DNA of 64,000 nt from Albugo candida (Eukaryota). Positions 25,863-37,596 of this stretch are shown here, in pieces (within the stretch, counting starts at the first letter, position 1; each line of letters starts with the position of its first letter). The position numbers and the translations under genes are program-made. The notes beneath the pieces are model-generated. The model was not told the origin of the DNA, ran no database searches, and saw only the letters and a program-made list of their open reading frames with translations. The stretch lies in assembly GCA_040437565.1 (NCBI GenBank), contig JBDOQK010000021.1:310001-374000 (forward strand). The letters run 5' to 3'.

Positions 25863-26405
25863 TCAATTCCATTTCCTTGGGCAGTTCGCTTGCATATACA
25901 TAGCTAATCGAGATAGGAAGAAAGCTTGTTTTCCTGTAAATCCGTATGGTGATTGTTTACCCTTGTCATTAAGAGAAGGAGGTAGAGTGCTGTACACGAC
26001 TCTAATGAAATTTCTTATACGTACAGGGGTGTTATTTGGAGGTGTAGGATAACCAGCGAATATGAGTTGAACTTTTTCAGCGAGTTGTCCCTCGTTGTAT
26101 TTTCCTGCATTCTCTTTCTTGACTCCAAAAAGGGCCTCAATCCAAGCCTGAAGAGCGTGGTCGTACAGTTTACGGCAACCATCACTTCTATGATTCTTTG
26201 AGCACCAATTGTCATAAAATATTACCAGCGTCGGATCCTTCATCGTCGGTATTTTTGGGCAATTATCCTTTTTAAGTACAAGTGTAAACCGCTTTCTGTT
26301 TCGTGCAACTTTTTGCGAACTTGACTTGAGATATCGCAATGCAACCTCTGCATTTCCAAAGGTGACCAGACCGAGTACGGCAGCTACGAATATGAGAGAG
26401 ACCAT
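25863..26405 (-). CDS. Secreted RxLK 4-Cys candidate effector, member C (180 aa)
   Basis: MVSLIFVAAVLGLVTFGNA-EVALRYLKSS, C-x18-C-x8-C, FAGYP, FFLSRLAMYMQANC. Confidence 0.9.
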   Translation of the reverse strand: MVSLIFVAAVLGLVTFGNAEVALRYLKSSSQKVARNRKRFTLVLKKDNCPKIPTMKDPTLVIFYDNWCSKNHRSDGCRKLYDHALQAWIEALFGVKKENAGKYNEGQLAEKVQLIFAGYPTPPNNTPVRIRNFIRVVYSTLPPSLNDKGKQSPYGFTGKQAFFLSRLAMYMQANCPRKWN

Positions 26406-26899
26406 GAGCGAAATTGTTGGTTTTTGAGCAATGAGAGCCAAATTGAATTGTGATTCAATTTGCTGTGTGCGATCTCATACGGCAATGGGTGTGACTTTGC
26501 AAATCCTTCTGCATCCAGCTGTCCTTACCTCATTTCCAGAAAATTTGTTCTTTTGACGCTACTATGGGTTGTAAGTAAATTGACGAAGACTGCATTGATG
26601 CCAACCTGATATACGTCCTAGCTTTTACCTGAGAATAGTGTATTCATCCGCGTCATCTGATTATCAAGTTGTCAAACACCAATTCCACGCCGAGCGGAGA
26701 ATTATCCCTACAGCGACGTGTCTCTATCCAGACACTCACAGCTCTGCGCAAAGAACAGGCAGAGAAAACGAAAATGTATAAACCGAAATGTTCTGCTATG
26801 ACTCACTTCCTCGTGTTTTAATACCCGCTGTATAGAATCGGCAGGATACATTCCTTCTCTCACATATTAAGATGACCTGTTTGATGTTAATACTGGTTC

Positions 26900-29355
26900 C
26901 TACTCCATAATCGCTGCTGTAGATCTACAGCATGATCTGGTATCCATGTACGTCCCTTTGGACAATCCAAACTAACTTGACCTCATCCTTAGTGTGGCTG
27001 CTTGCCCCATTGCCTCGTATTGCTCTGGTCTACTCCAACGAAGGCCATACAAAATTCGTTTGTTCCTGAGGCGACACATTACTGACAACTGATAAAGCAT
27101 CGCAACTACCTAACACGCGCTCTGTGTGATAAGTAGATCGACTCCACCGTGATAACAAATCATTCCAGACGTATTCGCTTCCGGCCACGTGCTCTACAGT
27201 ATAGCGAAACATCTGTAACACCATCGACCGTCGTGGGAGTTTGTCGTCTCTGTATCGAGCTATCGCATTATCAACACTCCTTAGGTCGAGTATGAACAGC
27301 AGTTTTCGATGGTCAATAGATATATGGAATGCTTTCTGTTGCAGCAACAAGTCTTCCATCCTCTTGCATGTCTCCCCTTTAGCAAACGCTTTTTCCTCAA
27401 TCGTCGCTCAGTTCAACATGGATCCTTCAAACGACCCGCTTATGAAAGCGAACGGGAATGTTCTTGTCCCCCTCTGGGTCTTGATAATTCCTCCGGTCCT
27501 TCTTGAGAACTGAGAGCCCCCCAATGATCTTCAGATGCATCGATGAAGACACACATCTCAGGCATCCATTGGATGCGCCATGGGCACCATTAACTTCTTT
27601 GATCTGTTGAAATCATGCAACCTGCTTCGAACTCCATCCATGGTCCCGTAGCAACACGGTCATGATAATCTTCTTTTTTCTTTCTTCTTCCTGCAGACTT
27701 TGCTGCGTTTTCGATAACGTCCTGCAGATATTTCACAAGTGTCGTACAGTTTGGGATGTTGTTGCGCATCCCGTTTAAGGAACATAGATAGTGTTGTAGT
27801 TCTGACGCGGGTTCTGGAGGTATAAGCCCACACAGGCCTTGTATACGACGCGCGCAATGGCTTAATCCCTCGTTCGAAATATTCTTTTCACATCACACGA
27901 TGGAATACGAAAGAAAAGGCATTTCCCCGAGTGTAGTTTAGCTCCAAAGTCCCGGCGTCTTTGCATGACCACCTTACGTGTATCCAGCAATTGCTTCTCC
28001 ATCTCCGCATATCCCAAGACATCATTCAGCCAGACCTGTACGCCTTTGCCCAAAACAGGCTTCATGACTCGTTCGGCCACTTGTTCTGCAAAAGCAACTG
28101 CATCGGTCGATCTCATGATGACTCGATTTGCCGTGAAAACGCCATTTGGTGCACCACAGTAAAATAATCTCGGCTATTCGGATGTAACGGTAGTTGCCAG
28201 TAGAATTGAAAACAATCAAAGGAAAACTAGCATCTTGATCCCTCCGGATTTACCAAAACTACTTCGAGGTGTGGCATGGGCCATGCCATCGGAACCGTTA
28301 ATTCATTTATTACCCTTGGGTCCACCGTCATACGGTAAGATTCGACTTCCTTCTTCTCTACAATACGTGGGGCACCTACCCATTAAGAATCCGGATTACG
28401 ATACATCAAATCGTGCTCCATTAGGTGGTCATCCATGTAGTCTTTATGAAGTGGTGCATAACGCCTCGACGTTTCCATCAACGGTATGGGTCCTTCCTTC
28501 AGAATGACTTGAAATGGTGCAACTTGACAGGAACTTCTGCAGCAAATTCCCTCCAAATATATCCCCATATTTGTAAAAAAGGTTTTAGACGGTCGACTGA
28601 CTCCACTGTGGCTCCTCATTCTTGCGCTTTGGCCACCTTTCCCTCTAATATGGTGTTAACCTTTTCTTGTCACTACCGGGTGAAAAGACACCGTTCTGCT
28701 TCGTCGACAGGAACATATAGGTCTTCATACAGACTTTCCTTGCAACTTTGCGAAGACTTACTGACGAGAGTCTGTACTTCTCGCTTTTCATCAACGGACG
28801 CATCCCTGATTGTTTGCTTTTTACTTACTCCTTGCAAAATCGCCTCCGCCAAATATCCCATCGTCTCCATTAAATTTATATCCATGAGTAACGAGGTTGA
28901 TTCATCTTCTTCATTTTCCATGACTTCCAGATTTCGCCATACGAGTGACCTTCCATTGTAGTAAACTCCACACGAGCTAAAAGCACACTTCGTTCAACCC
29001 ATAGTGGCGTCTTCCTCACGATACTATCCGTAACGGCACTGTTATGTCTTTTATCACCAGATGTTTTGCAGCCGAAAGCACCTTTACGAGGCCAACAGAT
29101 ATAATCGGACAATCCCATCCTGAATCCAATAAAGTATTGACATTTTCGATGCCATTCACCGTAGTCATGACCTCTCCTTCAAATCTCCTTTGCTTAAACA
29201 ATCTTTCAGCCTCTCCACATGACGGACAGTTTCGAACTGAATGCTCCGTACTATCACACTACAAATACTTCAAACGATGTTTCCTGTTTGACTTCTCATC
29301 ATCTCGCGTTGTACAAACTTGGTCGTCTTAATATTTTCCATCTCAACTCTGTGTG
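26900..29355 (-). mobile_element. Degenerate Ty3/gypsy gag-pol relic inserted upstream of member C
   Basis: Protease TLLDSG, RT VQVWLNDVLGYA and AKLHSGKCLFF, RNase H EHVAGSEYVWNDLLSRW, in gypsy domain order. Family upstream sequence resumes on both sides. Confidence 0.8.
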
Positions 29356-29379
29356 ACATGCTGTTGGATGTTCATATAC

Positions 29380-30792
29380 TGATTTGTATTAATCGAGATA
29401 TTTCAGCTGATACAAAAACTCGTGTCCACATAATGACAGAGAAAGTGAACTACAACACTTATCTGCTTACAACTGGCAGGCAGTACCTCTTATGCAACCC
29501 GACCGACAAAAGTACAAGTAGAGATTGCCTGAGCTCAATATCGATGCCCGCTCCACGGATATGTAATCAAGACGGGCATCTGGAGCTCGATTTGATGAAT
29601 AGAAATGGACAAAATGGAAGGATCGTAAGTGTGAAAGGTTCGCTATCGGATAACATGCGTTTCAAACGACACTTTTTACACTCAGTCAATCTCCATATTC
29701 TCTATCTCTAGCTTATCGAATGACACCCCGACGTACTCATTGATGGTGCACTTTACTTGGAAGGTACAGTTCGCGAGCAAGATATTGTCCAGAAACACCT
29801 AAATGCCTTCACTACGAGTATCAGAATCGAAAGTATCTGGACTAATGCTTCGATAAGACGCAGTGATCTCTTGACATCTTCATTCCATTTCTCTCTCAAC
29901 TGTCAACACCATGCAACCTGACTTCTCGAGACTCGGTTCGTTCGCTCGTATACAGTACGCTTAAACAGTACTCTTCTTTGGCAAACGCACTACAAGGTCT
30001 CCTGGTGTCATGCTTTGGAATGTGACCTTGGAATGCAGCGATGCTGATCCACATTCCTGTAAGAACGACAGCAATTCTGTGTGAACTTGATTGGACGGAG
30101 ATTTTTCTCAAGTTAATAATGGGACGATTTCCTTGTGATAAGGCGAATTGCACTGTGTTGTGCTATTGGCAGACCTCACTCAGCATTGCATGAGACGTAT
30201 GTCACAATGGTCTGCACGATATCGGAAGCATCATTTTTCCATTCACAAGAAGGCGTTTCGATACGCGCGCAGCCTTCTAAGCTGTTGTCTCGCACATTAT
30301 TGCAAGTTTGTGCATTGTCACGTTCTATGGCTTGCTGCAATTAGATTCAAACACACAGTTTGTACGGCAAAAATGCTTTAAGTATATCGTTAGCAGATAA
30401 CAAAACAGACATAAGGACTCCGCACTCGCAAATTTATTTCGATTTTTAAGCTATCAATCGGATGGAAAGACTACCAATTGGAAACTCCCATCAAACTCGA
30501 AGGGTGGGACCAATGCGTAAGTAAATTAATGCAATGGCTAATGAATTGATTGATCGCTTTTCGACTTGACTCCTCTACTTCTAAGATGTCTTGCAACGAT
30601 TCAAGAAAAAATTAGCAAATCGAGCTAGGAAAAATGGATGGATTCCTTTTAGCCCGAAGTTTGATTGTTCGAGACTCGCAGGAATTGCAGCAGGTAGGTA
30701 CTTGTACAAGTCTCTGATATACTGTTCTTTTTCATCCTCCTTTGCGCGATCTCCAGGGTAACCAGAGAAAAACTTTTGAACGAGAGGTGCGA
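29380..30792. repeat. Near-identical copy of 38005-39342 (spacer plus effector 3' end); related copies at 18790-19325 and 30893-31410
   Basis: Long shared strings such as GACACTTTTTACACTCAGTCAATCTCCATATTCTCTATCT, with scattered SNPs and small indels. Confidence 0.9.
30581..30792 (-). CDS. Effector family member D, 3' part only (5' part in gap); identical to member H where they overlap
   Basis: Reads ...FFSGYPGDRAKEDEKEQYIRDLYKYLPAAIPASLEQSNFGLKGIHPFFLARFANFFLNRCKTS followed by a stop. Confidence 0.8.
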
Positions 30793-32112
30793 NNNNNNNN
30801 NNNNNNNNNNNNNNNNNNNNNNNNNNNNNNNNNNNNNNNNNNNNNNNNNNNNNNNNNNNNNNNNNNNNNNNNNNNNNNNNNNNNNNNNNNNNTACACTCA
30901 GTCAATCTCCATATTCTCTATCTGAAGCACAACGAATGGCGCGCCGACGTGCTCATTGATGGTGCAGTTTACTTGGAAGGTACAGTTCGCGAGCAAGATA
31001 CTGTCCAGAAACACTCAAATGCCTGCACTACGAGTATCAGAATCGAGTGTATTTGGACTAATTGCTAGATAAGACGCAGTGATCTCTTGACATGTTCATT
31101 CCATTCCTCTTTTCAACTGCCAATACTATCACTGAAACACCGTGTAACCTCACATCTCGACTGGGTTTATATGCTCGTATACAACACCCTTGAACAGTAC
31201 TCTTCCTTGGCAGACGCACAACAAGTTCATGTTGTCATGCTTTGTAATCCGTACTCCAAATCCAGCGATGCTGATCGGAATCATGTGCAACGACACCATT
31301 TTTTGTGCTGTTGATTGAATTGAGACTCCTCTTCAGTCAATAGTAGGACTATTGCTTATACCAGGGAAATTGCAGCTGTTCTGTGCTATATTCAGACCTC
31401 ATACAGCATCACGAACTCGCCTGTGTAAAGGGCCACAATCGCGTAACAAAGCAAGCTTCAAGGACCAAGAAAAACCTCCTATTATGCCATCACTGAGGGT
31501 CTTAGAACAAGGATGGCAAGTCGATAAAACCAATCAAACAGGTGTCCGTGGAGAACAACCGACAGGTAAAGGGACGAGATGAATCGTCTCGCTTGAAAAA
31601 TCCTGATGCTCCGACAAACACGTCCAAGTTGACTGATAGTGCCATTGACCATTAAAACGACATTGAGCCACCCGCCATCATACCGTTGTCACTAGATATC
31701 AAAATGTCACATCAAATCGCTCATGACTCGAGTCCATGTCGCCGTAGACTCATTCAAAAAAATGTATTGTTAGTGATTCTGTAAGTTGAGAAAATTGCAC
31801 ACTCCGTCTGTGCGTTACTTCCTAGTTTCAAGGCAGAGGCGTTATTACGTCCCTCGCGTTCTTCGATATCTCGTCACCTCTCTAGATTGCGATGAATAGC
31901 GCGCAATAAAACGATTGGATCGATACTTTTTCAGTGATGATCACAATGGTGGCCACGAACCTAAAACTATATCGTTATTGAATAAACACAACAAACAAAA
32001 TGATGCATCATTCGCAATCTTTAGACTTTAGACTATCATTCGAGTGCTAAGGCTCGTACTTATGGCATCGAATGTGGACGAGTGGGACCAAGTCATGAAA
32101 AAGTAAAATGCA

Positions 32113-32649
32113 TTATGGCTTCTTTACCATATAGCACTGTTGCATTAGTTGATTAGATAAACGAGCAAGGAAAAAACGATGCTTTCCCTTGAAACCGAAT
32201 TCTGATTGACCTTGCTTAGATATAGAAGCATATAGAGATGGGTACAGGCCCTCAACATATTTTCTTTTCTCTTCGTCATTGCCATTTTTTGGGAAGCCTT
32301 CGAAAAAAACTTGAATTTTGTCACCAATGTCTGCCAGTTCGTACGTTTCTATCTCATCCTTGAAAGCTTGGAAAATATGCTCAGTCAATCCGTGAAGAGC
32401 CGTATTGTAGAGCGCATGACAAAAATTTTCGGTGCCTTGTAACTTTACATTTTGTAAATGACAAAATTCTAAATAATTATCGAGCACCTCTGGCTTTTCC
32501 AATATTTGAGAGCACACCGATTTTATGAGAGTAGGCTTGTTTGGGGGTGCATCTTGCTGCGAGCTTGACTTGAGATATCGCAATGCAACCTCTGCATTTC
32601 CAAAAGTCACCAAACCGAGTGCGGCAGCTACGGTTGTGAGAGAGACCAT
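32113..32649 (-). CDS. Secreted RxLK 4-Cys candidate effector, member E (178 aa)
   Basis: MVSLTTVAAALGLVTFGNA-EVALRYLKSS, C-x16-C-x13-C, FEGFP, FGFKGKHRFFLARLSNQLMQQC. Confidence 0.9.
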   Translation of the reverse strand: MVSLTTVAAALGLVTFGNAEVALRYLKSSSQQDAPPNKPTLIKSVCSQILEKPEVLDNYLEFCHLQNVKLQGTENFCHALYNTALHGLTEHIFQAFKDEIETYELADIGDKIQVFFEGFPKNGNDEEKRKYVEGLYPSLYASISKQGQSEFGFKGKHRFFLARLSNQLMQQCYMVKKP

Positions 32650-32689
32650 GGTTGAAATTGTTGGATTTTGAGTTATAAGAACTTAATTG

Positions 32690-32960
32690 AGTTGTGAATC
32701 AAACTGAAGTGTACTAACTCCTCCGGCAATGACTGTGACTGTACATCGTTTGCATCCAGCTGTCCTTACGTCATTTTGACAAAATCTGTTCTTATGACGC
32801 TAGTGTGGGTTGTCCACGTAATCTGACGTGGATCGTATCGATGCTTATTCTGATATACGTCTATAATGTACTACTCTGCGTCATCACTTTATTTCTGATA
32901 TCGATTCCCAGTTACAAGCCGAGTAGAAAATGATCCTTGCAGTGACGTGTCTCTATTTAG
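32690..32960 (-). promoter_or_regulatory. Representative conserved family promoter module
   Basis: On the + strand: TTGTGAATC, CATCCAGCTG, TTACGTCA, TGACGC, GTAATCTGACGTG, GCGTCA, GCCGAGTAGAAA, GTGACGTGTCTCTAT. These recur in order, in whole or part, upstream of members A, C, G, H and K. Confidence 0.65.
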
Positions 32961-34417
32961 ATACGTAAAGAACTAGCAGAGAAAGATGACAATGTACCAA
33001 ATGAAATGGTCAGATGTGACTCATTGCCTCGTGTTTTGATACTCACTGTATAGAATCAGCAGCATGCTCTACTTTTCTCATACAGTATCCGATTACTTGA
33101 TATTTGTATAAATCGAGATGACTCCGCTGATATAAAACTCCGTGTCTCCAGATAATAACGGAGAAAGTAAAGGATACCGCACATCTGGCGGGTAGTGCTT
33201 CTTATACAACCCGACCTAACATAGTTTGAATAAATTCTATCTGAATTCAGCATTCAAGCCCGCTTTACCGATTTTAATAAAGAAAGGCATCTGGAGCGCA
33301 ATTTGGCGATTACAAATGAACAAAATATTAAAATCGTATGTTGTAAAAGTTTGCTATCGGATAGGGTACGTTATATTCGCCTATTTCGGCAATCAATCTC
33401 CATATCCTCCTTCCATTGGGATATCTACGAGCGCATCGAGTGATTCCCCGAGGTACGCATTGATCGTGCTCTTATTCATTGACACCATTCCACATTTCAT
33501 GAAGACAATTCTCTATGATGCGAAATGGGCTTCATGATCACTCCAATTGAAAGAGAGAGAATTACAAGTCCATCGAATACGAGGCTGAAAGCCTCTACCT
33601 TATGATTGTGATCTTCCCACAACGAAGGCAGTGCACTATTCATCCTGTGACTGCCACTGCAATAAATTGCGCTCGGTTGACATTTTACAATAATGAGCAA
33701 ACCTGATGACTCATTATGTCTATTGTATGCATCAGATCTCAATGTGAAGAAGTGTAAAACAACACAAAAAAGCAACCAAATTTCATTCTGCTCAATTAGT
33801 ATCAGCAGCGTCAACTGATTCTTTTGATTGTTGATCCATTGCCACAATGGCCATATAGTCGGCTGATCCCGATACATAGTCTCAGTTTGTACACATTCTA
33901 TCGAACCATTTGAACTTGTACGGTTCAATATAGTCACGAGAATTGACTTCGGGTGCGATTTGTACCTCGGGATTGCTTTGCTTGTAAACCAAACAAACAG
34001 GATGACCATTGTGTTTAAACGAAGCGGTCAGGAGCATTATATTCAGTTATCGAATCACCAACGGGTGATTGGCTGAATGAAACTCCAAAGTATTACACCG
34101 ACTCGCTCGGTGAGAGTACTTTCGCTTGTGCAAACGGTTGACATACTAGGTGTCGATTCAGTGATAGCAGAGTGGACTTGGACAATTCAACCTTTGCTCC
34201 TGCATATAAGATAGCCAAGGCATCTAGAGAAGTCTGTCAGTCTAATTCTAGTAATATAGACACCCTCAACCGTGCAACAAGATGAACAAATTTAAAGTTT
34301 AAACTAAAAAACGTCTTAAGAAGTGTAGCGATGACAATAAAACCAGCTCAAGTCGTAAAAACAGATGAATTCAAGATATACACGATAGCATTCACAAGCA
34401 CTCTTGAAATCCTAGCT

Positions 34418-34930
34418 TCAAGCACAATGGTGATAGTAAAACCAAGCAAATTCGGTTAGAAGATAGCGACGCTGAATGTTCTCGAGCAACGATAGAGGAG
34501 ACTTTTTAGCGGAATTTTTGGGTACTATCGTATCGTAAACCGTCTCCAGATAGTTACGTATTGCTGTATTAGACCCTTTTTCGGGGTATCCAGTGAACAT
34601 TTCCCTCAGCTTTACAGCAATTTCTTGTTCGGCCTTGTCAATCATCTTCTTGTCCTTGGATATTTTCAACTTGGTTAAATCAAAAAAGCTGGTGAGTATG
34701 TCCCCAAAGGGAGGAAGACTATTAGGGCACTTAATATCAGTTATTAAGACAATCTTGCATTTTTTCTTGTATTCTGTCACAGATTGCACGACCTTGGGAC
34801 ACTTTTTATTGTAAGTAACTGGGGTAATAGTTGCAACATTTGCTTCCATTAGGAGATATCGCTTAGCAGCCTCCGCATTTCCAACAGTGACCAATCCGAG
34901 CACAGAAGCTACAAAGGTGAGAGAGACCAT
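34418..34930 (-). CDS. Secreted 4-Cys candidate effector, subtype B, member F (170 aa)
   Basis: MVSLTFVASVLGLVTVGNA-EAAKRYLL, C-x13-C-x9-C, FTGYP, YLLTEFAWFYYHHC. Confidence 0.9.
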   Translation of the reverse strand: MVSLTFVASVLGLVTVGNAEAAKRYLLMEANVATITPVTYNKKCPKVVQSVTEYKKKCKIVLITDIKCPNSLPPFGDILTSFFDLTKLKISKDKKMIDKAEQEIAVKLREMFTGYPEKGSNTAIRNYLETVYDTIVPKNSAKKSPLSLLENIQRRYLLTEFAWFYYHHCA

Positions 34931-36484
34931 GTGTGATGTTGTTCGCTACAAGGGCCGGGTAGCAAATTGAGTTGTGGACCAAATTGATGTATGCAAATAC
35001 TTTTATTGCCAGCTGGCTTCCGATTCTTCGTTGTTGTACAGAAATCTGATCTGTATCGAGTGCAATGCTTTACCCTAATGGCGTTCGGGTCTTTTATGTG
35101 ACATGATGTACTGCCCGGCAGATACCCGGCGTCATCTCATTAATCTGGTATAATTACACGCCGAGTAGAAAGTGATCTTATAGTGACGTGTCTCTATCGA
35201 TATGTTTCTAGACAACATGTGTTGGTACTTGATTAATACATTGCTGTGTAAAAGCAGTCATACAAATCACAATCAAAAATTCTCATAACTGATTCATTTC
35301 TCTCCCGCTATCAGCGGTATAATCCACATGGAAACTGTTGCAGGGTACCAGAGAATACAGCTGGATGCATGCTGATCTTTTACAACACCAAATTCATATA
35401 ATATACGCTGTCGGAAGAACCTGGTAAGAACGACATATGGAGAAAAGAATCAGCTGATACGATATTTGTGCTGTCTGCTACATTCGCTTCCGATTTCTAG
35501 GAACAATCCCGCACACGGCCTAATTGGGCTTGGCTTTCTTTTCCTGTCTATCTGCGAGAACTCATATCACAGCCCGCTTTACCGATTAGAAATCAAGGTG
35601 GGCATCTGGATCTCGATTTGATGATTAGAGATGAAGCGAACGATCCGATCAAAACCTGAAGAAGTTGGCTACTGGACAGGATGCGCTGAATTCTACGCTT
35701 TGTCCCCGACCGTCATTCCCCATTTCATTATCTCGTGAAACGCACTACTGCTTTCGTACTGAGATAAAATCCGATGTACCTGTTGGAGGTCAAATATATA
35801 ATTCGGAACTGCGCTTCTGTGAGGAAACAATCTTAAATATCATCCTGCACTAGTATAGAGCCAAATAGAAAGAATTGGGGTCTCAGAATGCTCAAACCAG
35901 CTGCAGCGATCATTGGGAATTCCCCTGCGCTTTTGGTGGATAAATTAATACTATACGCGGAACACGTCCTAAATTTATCAATGAACTCGTTCTGCTTGCG
36001 CGTATACAACACGCTTTGATGATAAATTTGTTCACAACACACAACAATGTCTTATGTCGATGTTAAGGAATCCAGACATTGAATCCATCGATCCGGATCA
36101 AGATCATGGGAGGACCTACGACCTTTTTGTGATCCTAATTGGATGTAGACATTCCATCCGTCACTTTTGAGAGCCTTGCGTGTTTGCCAAGGCAAAATGA
36201 ATTGGTTTTCTGTGCTGTATATTGACCTCACTCCGTGCGGTAGTCGGTCTCATCGTCTGAGGGACCACAATAGTCTGCCAAATGTAAGTTTTGAGAATCA
36301 ACAATAACCGCTCTACAAATACCGTCACTTGAGGAAGATGCCGATTTGGAAACCGACCAAAGCAATTGGATGATCGGAGGTGCCATCTAAAGTGACATGT
36401 ACAAATATCATTGAGAATCTGATCTCCCTAAATGGTACAAGAGAAATCAAAAGAAATCCAAAGCTTTTATCGATCTCTTTGAAG

Positions 36485-36524
36485 CTGCGGCTTAATTTGA
36501 CTCAACACGGAAAACTTACCAGGT
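36485..36524 (+). other. 40-bp 18S rRNA gene fragment flanked by an 8-bp direct repeat
   Basis: CTGCGGCTTAATTTGACTCAACACGGAAAACTTACCAGGT matches a universally conserved eukaryotic SSU rRNA segment. TTGAAGCT occurs at 36479-36486 and 36524-36531. Confidence 0.85.
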
Positions 36525-37064
36525 TGAAGCTCCAACGGGATTCGGAGCCTGGCTCGCTTATTTTGGAATGCGTTCTGCAATACTGGAACATTGATTAAAA
36601 GTATCTGACTTATAAGGTACCAACGTACTAACTCCTAAAGTTTTGCAAGTTTGTCGATCATTCTATAAGGAGTTCACTATTCGAGCCCTTTGTTACGAGC
36701 ATTCATCCATCCAAAGTGGAAGATTTTCTCTTGCTGCTTTACTTGAAGAAAACTGCTCACAAAGTCGGTGAGTTGCGTCTTTTTCGCAAGTTCTTGGCTC
36801 TAATTCGTCAGTCGTGTTCTGCGTATCTTGTCACCCCACACCAGGTTGCGGTGGCCACAGCGCAATAAGACGATTAGATTGATACTTTTTCAGTGATGAT
36901 CACATGGTGGCACGATTCTAAAACTATAGCGCCATTGAATAAACTCAAGGATACATCACTCGAAATTATTCCAGACTTTGAACGATCAGTGCTGGAAACT
37001 CATATTGAGGTATCAAATGTGAACGAGTGGGACCATATCATTAAAAAGTAAAACATACTGATGC

Positions 37065-37596
37065 TTATTTTAGATAACATTTTCCTGTTATAAAAACAGC
37101 TACTCGAGCAAGGAGCTGAGGATTTTTTGCCTTGAAACCGAATTTGAATTGATAAAACTTGTCATCTTTCAAATACATTTGACCAGGTAGAGAGTCGTAC
37201 AGCTCTTGAGTATATCGCGTTTTATCGAGTTTAGTGGGCTTATGAGGGTAACCACCGAATAGTTTTTGAAAATTGGAATTGGGTTCTACACTCTCAAAGT
37301 CTTCTGGGCGACCCATTTTCGGAGTGAAAAAATGCTGAATTATCGTTTGAAGACCTATAGCGTACGTGTCTTGGCATCATTGTTTTTCCCGGCGATCATC
37401 GCAGTAACGTCCAAATTATTTTAGTTCCAACGGTATTTTCTCTGTTGGGCACCAGTTTTTTTTTTAAATCAATTAGAAATGACTTTTTTCCAGGTGCACC
37501 TTGCTGCGAACTTGACTTGAGATAGCGCAATGCAACCTCCGCGTTTCCACCAGTGACCAGACTGAGTACGGCAGCTACGAATGCTAGAGAGACCAT
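37065..37596 (-). pseudogene. Effector-family pseudogene G
   Basis: Intact signal peptide and RYLKSS, then a frameshift near the T10 run (37456-37465) and two in-frame stops. CQDTYAIGLQTII, FGGYP and LLARVAVFITGKC follow. Confidence 0.85.

Noticed and set aside
25863-26441. Classification of the family as CHxC/CCG, Crinkler, canonical RXLR-dEER or elicitin; also the longer non-ATG starts in the ORF track
   Set aside because: No CxxC/CHxC, LxLFLAK, dEER or 6-Cys pattern. The conserved M(V/I)SL-type ATG downstream of the Inr-like element is the consistent start.
36485-36524. A functional rRNA gene
   Set aside because: Only 40 bp match and the flanks are effector-spacer DNA. Reported as an insertion instead.
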